A DNA stretch of 41,592 nt from Octopus sinensis (Eukaryota): positions 1-41,592 of the forward strand of contig NW_021835438.1 in the NCBI RefSeq assembly GCF_006345805.1. Direction: 5' to 3'. Positions 9,322 to 23,968 of this stretch are shown here, one piece after another; position 1 is the stretch's first letter; the number at the start of each line of letters is the position of its first letter. Both the position numbers and the translations under genes were made by a program. The notes beneath the pieces were generated by a model that saw only the letters and a list, made by a program, of their open reading frames with translations, made no database searches and was not told the origin of the DNA.

Positions 9322-10583
9322 TCAGGTCGTCCCATAAGTTCTGTCCGAATTTTGAATAAAGAAAACAAGTGATCGAATGTTATATTTAATTGAAATTTAA
9401 TCACCAATGTACTTTCCCTGATTATCTATGACTTCCTTCCATCTATTTACAGTTTTTTTATCCCATCAATGTAAAACTTTTTGGGTTTCAAAGCAAAGAA
9501 CTCTGAAATGTCAATATCGACCTCCTCCTGGCTTACGAAAGTTATGTCCCCCAAATGATTCTGTAAACTACGAAACAAATGGTAGTCTGAAGGAGCAAGG
9601 TCGCGTTGAATGATGGAGATGAGGATTTCTGCCCAAACAAGCTCTTCGATCTTCTGTGATGAGATCTTTGCAGTATGGGGTCGCGCATTGTCCTGATGAA
9701 ACATCACTCCTTTTCGATTCACTAAAGTAGGTCTCTTTTTCTTCAAAGCTTGGTTCAAACGCTCTAATTGCCGACAGTAGACTTGAGCATTGATTGATAC
9801 ATTAAATGGTAACAATTCAAAGTGAATTACACCTTTGCAATCCCACCAGATAGAGGGAAGAACTCTTTTTCCATGAAGTTCCCTTCGCGGTTGTGGTTGA
9901 GCCTTTCCCCTTTTACCAAGCTACTGTTTACGACGTTTAACATTTCGATAGAAGATCCATTTTTCGTCACCAGTTACAAGTCTATTCAAAAAGGATGAAA
10001 TGAGTTCGCAAGAATGGAGAGAAGAGCAGATGTCACCTCGGGATTTGCGGTTGCTTTCGGACAATTCATGAAGCACCAGTTTTCCAAGTTTGGGAACCTT
10101 TCCAAGTTGTTGATGATGACTATGAACAGTTGCATGGTTTGAACTAAACTTTATTGCCAATTCTTCAACTGATAATGCAGGATTTTCTTCAAGTATTGCC
10201 TCAAGAAGCTTATGAAACTCAACTGGATATCCTTTTCGATCTTCATCTTCAAGGTTGAAATCTCTTCCTCTGAATTTTGCAAACCATCTTCCGCAAGTTC
10301 TTTCATTCAAGAATTCTTTCCCATAAATTTAGTGTATGTTTCGAGTCGCTTCGGCTGCAGAGTTTCCTTTTTTGTACTCATTATGTGCCTTAAATGTTCT
10401 TTGAATATTTCCATGTTAGAATGGGTTTTAATCAAAGAAATTTTAATTCTATTATTCTATAAAATAATATTTAATTAGTTTAAATGTACACAAATGCATA
10501 AAAATAATTTTTAATTCCATTAGACATTCTAAAATACTATTTTAAAAAGGGTAAAATCGGACAGAACTTATGGGATGACCTGA
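9322..10583 (-). mobile_element. Full-length decayed mariner (DD34D) transposon
   Basis: TIRs TCAGGTCGTCCCATAAGTTCTGTCCGA / TCGGACAGAACTTATGGGATGACCTGA, TA target duplication at 9320-21 and 10584-85, about 1.26 kb. Confidence 0.92.
9447..10390 (-). pseudogene. Mariner transposase, frameshifted
   Basis: ORF pieces carry LVTGDEKWIFY, FHQDNARPH and DLAPSDYHLFRSL motifs plus an N-terminal HTH region. Confidence 0.9.
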
Positions 10584-10604
10584 TATTACCTTAGAACATT
10601 GAAA

Positions 10605-10780
10605 TAAATTCCTTGTAGTATTTGTTCCGACTTTTTACATTCTGAGTACAAATCCCGTCAAGATCATCTTTGCTAATCATCATTTCGGGGTCGACAACAT
10701 AAAGCACCACATTTAAGTTACGTTGTCGATGTATCCTATCCTCTCAAAATTATTGATCTTATGCCTAAATAACAAACCAT
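10605..10780 (+). mobile_element. Highly degenerate copy of SINE family 2
   Basis: CATTCTGAGTACAAATCCCGTCAAGATCATCTTTGC...CATTTCGGGGTCGAC resembles 13040-13110. Confidence 0.5.
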
Positions 10781-11632
10781 TATATACAACAATATTTAGA
10801 GCTTCTGGTTTAGCCAGAAATGCCAGGAGAATGTGATTGTTTCAGGCCTGAATCAATGGACACCAAATGGATAACCAAAGGATCAAATGTGGGCTAATGG
10901 AGGTGATACAAAACCAGGAAGTTTTAACGAGTTAAGTTCATTGGAATAATGGTAGAAAACGCAGGTAGAGATGAAATATATCTGTGGGTCAGATATTGGA
11001 GTGAACTTAGTAGCGGCTTGTGAGTGGCTCATGAGTCGAGTGTCTTAGATGTTTAGATGTGTTCTAAGATATCTCTACGTGTAACAGCTGCGCTGCTGTA
11101 TGGGTGAGAGCAGTGCTGCAAAGAATATTTCATTGGCATTTGTGGATGGTTAGTAATGTTTCAGACTGAATATTTTCTAATCCTGAAGAGCACCACCAAC
11201 ATAGATTGTCAGCAGCGATGGTGAAAACGAGCAGTAGTCGCGATTTTCAAAGTTTTAAGTGCGTTAACTTCTTGGCAACGAGAGAGATTCGTGTTGCTTT
11301 GATAGATGTTATTTCCTTTACTCTATGCTTTTGAAGTCCTTTAGATTTGTATCACCACCATTGGAGTATGTTTTCGCGGACTTTGTTCACCAAGTCAGTG
11401 CAGCTTTGGTGTGAGGATTGCATGTTAATGACGCATCGTTGTGGGAGGCGAGGGATAAAGAAGGGTTGTATTATATACAATAAGTATGTATTGTAAGGAA
11501 TGACGGCAAGTTGGTAGGTTATTGATTTGTGGAAGTAAGCTTCTTGAGGGATAAAGAGTGTTCTACAAATAGAAGCTGAGATGGTGCAACAGACAGGGAA
11601 CCACAGCTACAATAAAACTATTTATTTATATA

Positions 11633-11896
11633 GCCGTGGCTGCGTGTTAAGAAGCTTACTTCTTAACCATATGGATCCGGGTTCAGTCCCACAGTGTGGA
11701 ACCTTGGGCACGAGTCTTCTATTATAGCCTCGAGCCGACCAAAGCCTTGTGAGTGCATTTGATAGACAGAAACTGAAAGAAGCCCGTCGCACATATATAT
11801 GTGTGTGTGCATGTGTGTGTGTGTGTATGTGTGCGTCTTTGTGTCTGTACCCCTATCACCGCTTGACAACCGGTGTTGTTGTGCTTAGGTCCCTGT
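11633..11896 (+). mobile_element. tRNA-derived SINE family 1, 3'-truncated
   Basis: A-box-like TGGCTGCGTGTT and B-box-like GGTTCAGTCC head; body matches the reverse complement of 5540-5775. Confidence 0.85.
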
Positions 11897-11976
11897 TGAA
11901 AAAAATGATTTTAACTCACACCGTTCGATTATCAAATAAAAGTATATAAAGGGCATGGATACATACGAAGCGAGCC

Positions 11977-12005
<29 letters not shown>

Positions 12006-12011
<6 letters not shown>

Positions 12012-12277
12012 AAATACATACACACATGATGATGTCAACAACATTACTAACACATTCAACAGCAGCGGCGGTGCCAAAGATGGCAATATCAACAACTACC
12101 ATCACGATGGCAACACCGTTGGCGAACACACATACGCGGAGGAATACAGATTTTGTACCATTTTTTCTCGGGACAGCAGGATGGGGCTGCTGAAGGGAAG
12201 GCCACACTGCTGCTAAAAACTATGACACACACACACACAAGCATACACACACACACACACACAAGCATACACACACA

Positions 12278-12315
<38 letters not shown>

Positions 12316-12334
12316 ACACATTCACATATACACT

Positions 12335-12380
<46 letters not shown>

Positions 12381-12632
12381 TACATACACACATGATGATG
12401 TCAACAACATTACTAACACATTCAACAGCAGCGGCGGTGCCAAAGATGGCAATATCAACAACTACCATCACGATGGCAACACCGTTGGCGAACACACATA
12501 CACGGAGGAATACAGATTTTGTACCATTTTTTCTCGGGACAGCAGGATGGGGCTGCTGAAGGGAAGGCCACACTGCTGCTAAAAACTATGACACACACAC
12601 ACACACAAGCATACACACACACACACAAGCAT

Positions 12633-12664
<32 letters not shown>

Positions 12665-12737
12665 ACACCACACACACACACACATACACACACACACACA
12701 CATACACACACACACACACACACACATAAGCATACGC
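12006..12737. repeat. Tandem duplication of a 366-bp unit bounded by (CA)n arrays
   Basis: GATGATGTCAACAAC... at 12028 and 12394; the unique cores are nearly identical. Confidence 0.9.
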
Positions 12738-12984
12738 GCACACACATACATACACACACACACTCACAAACAAGGACACAAACGCATGCGCACATAAGGA
12801 TACCTGTCTTAGAAGAACGAAATGGAGTTAGTGGAACAAGAACACACACGGAAATGAAGTGTCGTTGAAAAGGTCACAGATGCGTGACAATGGAGCAGTC
12901 CGTGGTAGGTATTAAATCAACGTTCCGGATCAACAGGAACGATAATTATTTGTTGCCGTCGAAGGTTGTTGGCTTTTATCATAT

Positions 12985-13211
12985 GGCGAGCTGGCAGAAA
13001 CGTTAGCACGCCGGGCGAAATGCGTAGCCGTATTTCGTCTGCCGTTATGTTGTGAGTTCAAATTCCGCCGAGGTCGACTTTGCCTTTCATCCTTTCGGGG
13101 TCGATAAATCAAGTACCAATTACGCACTGGGGTCGATGCAATCGACTTAATCCCTTTGTCTGTCCTTATTTGTCCTCTCTGTATTTAGCTCCTTGTGGGC
13201 AATAAAGAAAT
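12985..13211 (+). mobile_element. tRNA-derived SINE family 2, near full length
   Basis: Head GGCGAGCTGGCAGAAACGTTAGC, B-box-like GAGTTCAAATTC, central GCCGAGGTCGACTTTGCCTTTCATCCTTTCGGGGTCGAT, end AATAAAGAAATA. Confidence 0.85.
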
Positions 13212-13820
13212 ATATCATATCGAGGTTCGATAAGCTCCATCACAGCATATGAATGAGAAAGGGAGGGATTTATAGATGAATAAGGAAGGAAAGGGTGATG
13301 GCAAACTTGGTAGTGGGTAATAGAAGTTTGTGTCTTTCTCCGTCGCAACATCTGAATGAGAAAGGATGGGGTGATGGCAAACTTGGTAGTGGGATGATGG
13401 AAGTCGTACGGTGAAAAAAAATCAAGTGCTTCGACTGAGTGAGTATATGTGTGTGTGTGTAAAATCCAAGCTACATATATTTCTTCAGATCCTGTTATGA
13501 TAGTTACTCATCGACAGGTACTCAGCTACCTATTTATTAGGGTGAAGGTACCTTAATTGGGTAAAGGTCACATTGTCGATATAGAATCCCAAGTTAACTC
13601 GTAGGAAGAAACAAATTTGAAAGTTTCAAATTTTATCTTCAGCGACCTAACTCGAAATTCCGTATCGTCAATGTAACCATTATATAATTAAGGTCTCATC
13701 AGCCAGATGCGTAGATAGTTGCGTCCCCCTCGTTATTATTATATCAGAGGATCTGCTAGATAAGAAACATATGTAGCCAGGATATTACCTGCTCTACTCC
13801 TTCAATTTGGATATAGAAAC

Positions 13821-14705
<885 letters not shown>

Positions 14706-14709
14706 TATA

Positions 14710-14841
<132 letters not shown>

Positions 14842-15923
14842 TGTATGTATGTATGTACACACTCGTGCACACACACACACACGATTACATGTGCGCACGC
14901 ATGTATTTGTGAGCAGCTATGTTTTAAAATACACCAAATCCGATGAAGCTGCTGAATTTGTAAAAATTCTATTTTCGCATAACCGTAATATTTTACGTTT
15001 AAATCTGTTTGAAGGAGTGAGTCTGGGAAACGTTTCCAAAACAATAGTCAGAAAGAAAAAAAAACTATCGAAATTAGAGAAGGAAAGAATAAAATCAAAA
15101 TATTAAAATTTGGATTTTTATTTCTCAATCACAATCTTGCTTGTTTAGTACATGAAGCAGAAAATCTTTTGAAGGAAAGTTAAATAAAAACAAAAGAAAT
15201 TTTAAAATAAAGAAATCAAATACTGGAAAAGGAATTTTTTTTTTTTCAAAATCATAATCTCCATTTTATTAAACAAACTATTCTCGAACCAAAATAAGGG
15301 ATTTGCAGCATATTAGGAGGACAGTGTACTTGATTCCAAGCAAAAAAATCCGAGTTTTTTTTTTTTTTCTTTGCGAAAATCGTGCAGGTGTTACTCTGAA
15401 AAATTACCCAGTTAGCCGTCATTTTTGTCGGCACGGGGCCAAATAATATTATAATAATCTATTTGTGTAAACACATGAAAGCACTCAGCAATGAGAGAGG
15501 GGAAGTGGCAAAGAGAGCGCCAATAACAAATATAAAACTCATATGAATTATACTACACTGATCTTGGAATTGACGGTCAAGTTCAAATACTTTCTCTTGA
15601 AAACATACCCTCCTGGGACGTGATAAATAGAAATTAGTATCAAAGATCCCCGTGATACTTGAGTGCCACAACGAATGCAATTTTAAGTTGTTAAAAATGT
15701 CTTCTCAGTTTACTGATGTGTACATTTTGACTGAAAGGCCGGTTTATAAGGCGAATTTAAATTTTACGTCTGTTTCCAATTATATATATTACGATAAATG
15801 TCAGGAACAAGCACATATGCGTAAGTACAACGACTTCCATTACGTTGTCATAACTGAATGTTATGCGATGTCATAACTGAATGTAAAGATTGCAAGCAAG
15901 AACAAACATAAATTTTATGTACA

Positions 15924-17411
15924 TTAATCATCATAACATTGCATAGCACAACAATTAGTAGTCACTGCACTAATATATATTTCTGATGTTGCATTGTTAA
16001 AGTCTATGTTGGCACATAGATCGTTACTAAATAATGAACACCTACTACTAGTGCATGATTTCTGTCTGTAACCAAAAAATTCGCAAGTGTATTTTGTTTC
16101 ACAAACATAATAGTCTGACGATTTATGGGTAAACATGACTCTGGTTCGCATCAGATGAATATTTCTATGTGAACAGCGTGGTTTGGGGGTCAATACACCA
16201 TTTTGACATATCACACTATCGTTGGAGTTATTCATATTAGGAAGTTCACACGAATAAATAACATTCGTGTTTTCTAAGACTGTGCTGCCAAACGGAAGAT
16301 ATTGCAAAGTGTCTGAATTTCGGTAGCTATACATGCCAAACACGGGTAACAATTGACAGCTCTTTACACACCGTGGAAGTTTTCCACTCCACGTTCCATT
16401 CTCTAAACAGGTTCTTTTAGAATATCCCAACAATGTTTCTTCAGCAGAACAGCTATATTCAATAACTGAAAAATTATGTGACAAAATAAAATTCAATCCG
16501 TTTCGTTTCTCAATTTTACACGATTTTCTGCACTGTATGTCTGGATACCATTTACCTGAAAAGCATTGAACGACTCCAAATGCGACAGGAATGAAGGATC
16601 GTTTGCAAGAATATAACACTTTCTCTCCTTGATTGATTAAGGTTCTTGGTTTTAAAATTGTACCTTCAGAAATAGTCACAACTCTGCCAGCAATTTCAGG
16701 TACAACACATTTCAAAGTGCAAACAGGTGTCGGAAAATTCCAGCTACCGTCTTGAAGACAAGTTAATACAGATTCACCTTTCAGACTATAAGGTTTTAAG
16801 CAACTGAAATGAATTGTTTCGTTAATTTCAACTCCATTTGTATTGTTTACATTGCCATGTTTGGGTGGATGCGGTGGGAGACATTTAATAGTTTCACAAA
16901 CTGGTGGGAGAGACGACCACTGTTTATTTTCTTGACAACGTATTGAATTGTTTCCTCGCAAAATATAACCAGACAGGCAGGAAAAGCGAATAACAGAGTT
17001 ATATGTGTATGCAACATTTATCATGAAACTGTTTGCAGGTTTAGGAAAAATCGGGCAAGTTATTAACTTACATTTTTTATCTTCATACATCCATTTACCA
17101 TTCCAACAAATAATATCGGCCATATTCTCTACGCTTGCTTCAAAATAGCGGTTGCACTTTTGTTGCAGGTGTATTTTTTCCTCTTCCCATTTCAAAGTAT
17201 ATTGTATTTGACTGTTGTTTAATTTCGGTAAAGGACCGCAGTTTAAGAGTTTTATCATTTGTTCAAAAAACCACGGAGAGAAATTGTTATCAGTTGACGT
17301 CGAATTACTGTATTCCGACACAATCTTTTTCATAACATTTCCAACCGTATTATTTTCACTCTTCACCGTTAATGTAATTAATAAAATAATATAAAATGCT
17401 CTGGATACCAT
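15924..17411 (-). CDS. Secreted sushi/CCP repeat protein, copy 2: signal peptide + 6 CCP + 8-Cys C-terminal domain
   Basis: 495 aa single ORF; MVSRAFYIILLITLTVKS signal peptide; six CCP modules; tail CETKYTC...SCTSSRC...LC...CCAMQCYDD; no transmembrane segment seen. Confidence 0.92.
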   Translation of the reverse strand: MVSRAFYIILLITLTVKSENNTVGNVMKKIVSEYSNSTSTDNNFSPWFFEQMIKLLNCGPLPKLNNSQIQYTLKWEEEKIHLQQKCNRYFEASVENMADIICWNGKWMYEDKKCKLITCPIFPKPANSFMINVAYTYNSVIRFSCLSGYILRGNNSIRCQENKQWSSLPPVCETIKCLPPHPPKHGNVNNTNGVEINETIHFSCLKPYSLKGESVLTCLQDGSWNFPTPVCTLKCVVPEIAGRVVTISEGTILKPRTLINQGEKVLYSCKRSFIPVAFGVVQCFSGKWYPDIQCRKSCKIEKRNGLNFILSHNFSVIEYSCSAEETLLGYSKRTCLENGTWSGKLPRCVKSCQLLPVFGMYSYRNSDTLQYLPFGSTVLENTNVIYSCELPNMNNSNDSVICQNGVLTPKPRCSHRNIHLMRTRVMFTHKSSDYYVCETKYTCEFFGYRQKSCTSSRCSLFSNDLCANIDFNNATSEIYISAVTTNCCAMQCYDD

Positions 17412-17510
17412 TCTCTAAGTTTTGCTGAACTTTTTCTTTCATGGAAAGGACTATGGTTCTTGAAGTGTAGCTGCTTACTCGTTTTAATTTCAATGTGTAT
17501 TTTAGAGCCC

Positions 17511-17518
17511 CTTTTATA
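17511..17518 (-). promoter_or_regulatory. TATA box (TATAAAAG) of sushi gene copy 2
   Basis: 100 nt upstream of the ATG at 17411; conserved in the paralogous promoters. Confidence 0.7.
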
Positions 17519-17644
17519 CGCATGATTTTATACGCTCGCTAAGCGTATAAAATCATGTCTTTTTTTTTTTCATATTTCATTTTGAAATTGAGACATCTTT
17601 GGCTAGAAAGAGAATCGAGTATATGAATAATAAATATAATAAGC

Positions 17645-17732
<88 letters not shown>

Positions 17733-17733
17733 T

Positions 17734-17770
<37 letters not shown>

Positions 17771-17780
17771 ATATATAATA

Positions 17781-18706
17781 TATATATATTATGGGGAATG
17801 ATTGAGAGAGACATACGCATACACATACACACACACACATATATATATATACACACATACACCCACACGAACACACGTACACATGCACATATCTATATAC
17901 AGCAAAAGACAGACAGACAGAGTGACACACACACGCACACATACACACATATACACATTCCCTCCCCGTCTACGAACACATGCCAATACGCACACACACA
18001 GCCCTTCCCATCAATTCACACACCCACACCCGCTCATTCTAACATCCTCTTTACACTGACCCTTCCATCCATACACACATGCAAACACGCATACACACAC
18101 ACACACAAAAGTACGCGCACAGACACACACACACACACTTCCTCACCCATCGATTCAAACACCTATAGCTGTTCACCTCTACGAACGACATTAACATACC
18201 CGTACACAGATCCGACCGCACACACACACGCAGACTACGCACACAAACAAGCATACATTTAGTACCACACACACACACAGTCACTCGCTACACCAGACAC
18301 ATAACGCATGCACACACACACAGTTACCACCACACATACACACGCTACCACGCGCACACACACACACATACACACACACACACACGCAGTTAGTGCCACA
18401 GACGCTACCATACAGAAAAACGCTACCACACACATTTACACACACACGCTAACACACACACACAATGATCATTTTCACACTTTGCAGTCCCAGAAAGCAT
18501 TTTTTTTCTTCATTCCTTCTACTTCCGATCACTTCAGAAATGTAACGCACGTGATTAATGGTGATTTTGTTTCTCCGGCGTCTTGCACTTTCCTGCTTTT
18601 CCTGTTTTCGATAAAGAACTCTGGGCGTCTGACTAATACGTTGTTTGTGCTAAGGCCAAACGTTTTCATTTTGTCAGTTTTTTTAAATGATTATATATAT
18701 ATATAC

Positions 18707-18737
<31 letters not shown>

Positions 18738-18779
18738 TGTATGTATGTATGTATGTATGTATGTATGTATGTATATATG

Positions 18780-18820
<41 letters not shown>

Positions 18821-18829
18821 ATTTGTGTG

Positions 18830-18863
<34 letters not shown>

Positions 18864-19803
18864 ATATATAATATATATATATTATGGGGAATGATTGAGA
18901 GAGACATACGCATACACATACACACACACACATATATATATATACACACATACACCCACACGAACACACGTACACATGCACATATCTATATACAGCAAAA
19001 GACAGACAGACAGAGTGACACACACACGCACACATACACACATATACACATTCCCTCCCCGTCTACGAACACATGCCAATACGCACACACACAGCCCTTC
19101 CCATCAATTCACACACCCACACCCGCTCATTCTAACATCCTCTTACACTGACCCTTCCATCCATACACACATGCAAACACGCATACACACACACACACAA
19201 AAGTACGCGCACAGACACACACACACACACACACTCCTCACCCATCGATTCAAACACCTATAGCTGTTCACCTCTACGAACGACATTAACATACCCGTAC
19301 ACAGATCCGACCGCACACACACACGCAGACTACGCACACAAACAAGCATACATTTAGTACCACACACACACACAGTCACTCGCTACACCAGACACATAAC
19401 GCATGCACACACACACAGTTACCACCACACATACACACGCTACCACGCGCACACACACACACATACACACACACACACACGCAGTTAGTGCCACAGACGC
19501 TACCATACAGAAAAACGCTACCACACACATTTACACACACACGCTAACACACACACACACAATGATCATTTTCACACTTTGCAGTCCCAGAAAGCATTTT
19601 TTTTCTTCATTCCTTCTACTTCCGATCACTTCAGAAATGTAACGCACGTGATTAATGGTGATTTTGTTTCTCCGGCGTCTTGCACTTTCCTGCTTTTCCT
19701 GTTTTCGATAAAGAACTCTGGGCGTCTGACTAATACGTTGTTTGTGCTAAGGCCAAACGTTTTCATTTTGTCAGTTTTTTTAAATGATTATATATATATA
19801 TAC

Positions 19804-19834
<31 letters not shown>

Positions 19835-19856
19835 TGTATGTATGTATGTATATATG

Positions 19857-19900
<44 letters not shown>
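17781..19900 (+). repeat. Tandem duplication of an approximately 1.09 kb CA-rich unit ending in a Penelope-pLTR-like core
   Basis: TATGGGGAATGATTGAGAGAGAC at about 17790 and 18883; CATTTTCACACTTTGCAGTCCCAG at about 18470 and 19567; near-identical. Confidence 0.9.
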
Positions 19901-19913
<13 letters not shown>

Positions 19914-19939
19914 CTGTATGTATGTATCTTAATAATATT

Positions 19940-19980
<41 letters not shown>

Positions 19981-20055
19981 GCATATATGTATGTATATAT
20001 ACATATACATATATATTAATACATATATATATAAAGTGTATGTATATATGTATAC

Positions 20056-20089
<34 letters not shown>

Positions 20090-20181
20090 TTATATACACA
20101 TATATATAGTGCATGTATATAAAAAATATAGTGTATGAATATATATATATATGTATATATATATATGCATATGTATATATT

Positions 20182-20245
<64 letters not shown>

Positions 20246-20999
20246 GCATACACACACACACACATATATATATACAAACATGCATACATATACATACATT
20301 CACACAAACCCACTCAAACACAAACAAAAAACCGGACATAGAATTATACACAGATATATATGTATGCACACGCATAATTACACATACACACATACATTTG
20401 TGTGTGTGTGTATGTATGTAAGTATGTGTGTGTGTGTGTAAATATCTACATGTATATATATATATATATACATACATACACGCATACATATATATACATA
20501 GATATAGACATATATACACATACACATATAGGAATCTATATCTATATATGCATGCTCACATACATATACATATATACACACACACATATATATTTACATA
20601 CACACGCACAAAAGGTGTGTGTATACTAGTGTCGTTATTAGCGTTTATGTGTCTGTGTGTTTGCGTATATGTATATGTGGGAGCGGGTGTGGTTGTGCAT
20701 GTGTGTGTGTGTGAGTGTGTATGGAGATGTGCGTGTGTGTGTATAGGTGTGCGTGCTATGAAAGTGTGTGTATGAGTGTGTGTATATGAATGAAATTAAT
20801 TAAACATACAAGTTAAAAAATAAAGACAGAAGAATATAAAAAAAATTTTAAGGTACAAAATAAATAATAAAAACATAAAAACTAAAATAACAAAAAGGAA
20901 AAAGGATTATATAAATAAATCAGTAACTGAAATAGATAAAAAAAAAGAAACAAATATAATAGAATAAAATGTTTTTTTTTAAAGGTATGAAAGAAAGTG

Positions 21000-21290
21000 T
21001 TTGCGTGGAGTCCAAGAGGGAACTCAATATCACCCCGTACACACTACCACATATTCATACCCGTACAGACCATCTTCACACAACCCTGTCGCAGAAACCA
21101 CTCTCTCTTTATCCTTCCACTTCTGGTTACTTCAGCAATGTAACCGCACGTGGATTGTTGGCGATTTTTTTCTTATTTTTCCTTTTTTCTCTTTGGACTT
21201 CCCTGTTTCCGACGAAGAGCTATGTTCGAAAGGTTAACAAATCTCTCCTTTTGCCGAGCGTCAAATTATTGTAATAACTAGCAAACGCAT
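21000..21290 (+). mobile_element. Penelope-pLTR-like repeat with degenerate minimal hammerhead motif
   Basis: CCTTCCACTTCTGGTTACTTCAGCAATGTAAC core is homologous to 18510-18620 and (inverted) to 39530-39650; GTTT-CCGACGA-AGAGC-TAT-GTTC-GAAA at 21205-21231. Confidence 0.55.
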
Positions 21291-22669
21291 CCGTCCTTTG
21301 GACGGTTTAATTTGCTTAAAGAAAGCAAATTATTATTAGTATTGTTTTCACCAAATAATTGAACTACCGAGAAAGTTTATGTGTAGCATGGCAATCTGTT
21401 TCCGATTAACCTAGGAACGGAAAATCAAATTGAAAGCTGGTTATTGCGGAGGTCGATGCACTTTGATTATCATAGAACATATAAGTTTGCAAGCCATGTA
21501 AAGTAGAACTACTGAAGTGTTTGGGAAATAGATTACGGATAATGACTACAAAATATAGTTGTTTTACATGAAAGCGACATTTCTTGTCAGAACCAGCCAC
21601 ATAAATGGCGTAAGGAAATTGAAGGAAGAAGTTGAAAATTCCCCTCTGCGAGTTTATTTTTTTCAACAGCAAAGGGAGCTATTTTTTCGGAGAGAAAAGC
21701 TAACAAAAGCCCCTTCATTCTATCTTCCCACATAGAGTGCACATAAACTAACAGCGAATGCTGCATAAAGTTAAATTGGTATGGAGCTTCCTGAAAGATA
21801 CGTATGGCATTCGTTAGTGAAAGCAAAACTCTTATTTAAAGGTTGATTCTTTGGGACGAGCCATATGTGAGTGTTTAAAAAAGGCCAGAATGACAATGCT
21901 AAAACGTATTTGAAACAATGGACAGCAGATGAAATATCATAATGGATGGGTAAAGAAACATCCTTAAAGTGAAACAACGGTATCAAAGGTAAAAAAAAAA
22001 AGGTATCTACAAACAGAATAGAGGGAAGGGGACATCGCCTTTCAAATAACTCAGAATAGGTAAAGGTAAGCTTGCCAAAGTTAAATGCAGTTTCAATATG
22101 TAGATTAAGATAGTTTGGTATTGGATATTCATCAGGTATAGTTTTCCTAGTCAACTGAATCAGTGTTGTAAGTGGACAGCAGAAATAAATAGACGAAATC
22201 CTTTCAATTTTATAAAAAGATTAAAAAGAAAATGAGGGCAAAAAGCACTTGTTTTATCACAATGAAAAATCGTTTCCTAGTAGCCGGAATTTCGCGACAA
22301 AATGTATGTTTATTAAGCAAAACAGCCTGCAGTGCATGCTGCTGGGCATTAAAAGCAAATCGCACAAATCTAGAGGGGCTCTGGGCCGCCTTGAATCGAT
22401 AGCTTCATCTTAATAGCTTGCGAATTTTAAGCATCGTGGGTCTCATCATCAGCACGTATTTAGTATCCCTGCCAATTTTCAGCTCGATCCCAGCTTCGCT
22501 TTGGCCGCCATTAACCGTCAAAGCAAACTGTGCATGCAATTTTCGTCCTAGGACTGTTTTATAGGTGTAGATATAGTTCTTGTGCACGTCTTCACGTTCG
22601 TTTTTCTGTTTTTAACATATATATAGCAATAATAATTCTCTAAAAGAGATATAGACAGTAACTGCTCGA

Positions 22670-23277
<608 letters not shown>

Positions 23278-23476
23278 TATATATGTATGTATGTATGTAT
23301 GTATATATATATATATACATGGTGAGATTGACGTATGAGGACACACCAATGAATAGCAGAAATATAAAGCGACAAAATATAACTAACTCTTTGCATTTGA
23401 AATTACTCTGTTGAATGCAATGCTTACTTTTTCTGAAGTAACAATTCTGTTTAAATATTAAAGAATAAAATTAAAG

Positions 23477-23513
<37 letters not shown>

Positions 23514-23968
23514 CGTGTGTGTGTGTATTTATATATACATATATATATATATAATATATATAATATATATATATATACATGTATATATGTATATATATAT
23601 ATATACATATATACATGTATATATATATATACATGTATATATATACATGTATATATATATTTCTCTTTCTCTTCCCCTCCTCTCCTTCACTCTGCCTCTC
23701 TTTCTCTTCCCCTCTTCTTCTTCACTCTGTCTCTCCTTCCATTCCCTTCCTCTCCCCCTCCCCTACCTTCCTCTATCTTTTTAACACACCACATCCCCTT
23801 GCTTTCCTCCTATCACCCTCTCGATTTCTTTCATAGCACCTCTCTCTTTCCTTCCTATCTCCCTCTCTCTTTCCCTATTTCCCCCCCTCTGTGTTTCTCC
23901 GTCTCTACCTCTCTCTATCCCTCATTACCTCTCTAGCCTCTACTCCCCCTCTGGACCTCAAAACGAAG

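Larger units (their letters stand above)
14880..17640 (-). repeat. Duplication unit 2 carrying sushi gene copy 2 and flanks
   Basis: Colinear homology with unit 1 over the downstream flank, 3'UTR, CDS and promoter. Confidence 0.85.

Noticed and set aside
10800-11620. Non-repetitive stretch that might be a decayed LINE or coding exon
   Set aside because: Multiple stops in all frames examined and no motif I can support
11633-11715. tRNA genes (also 12985-13065)
   Set aside because: A/B-box heads continue into SINE bodies and do not form full cloverleaves
13250-13400. Short direct repeat GGGTGATGGCAAACTTGGTAGTGGG x2
   Set aside because: Two-copy local duplication with no further structure
21300-22560. 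Several 60-127 aa ORFs suggesting a transposase or exon
   Set aside because: No recognisable domain or consistent frame; needs a translated search
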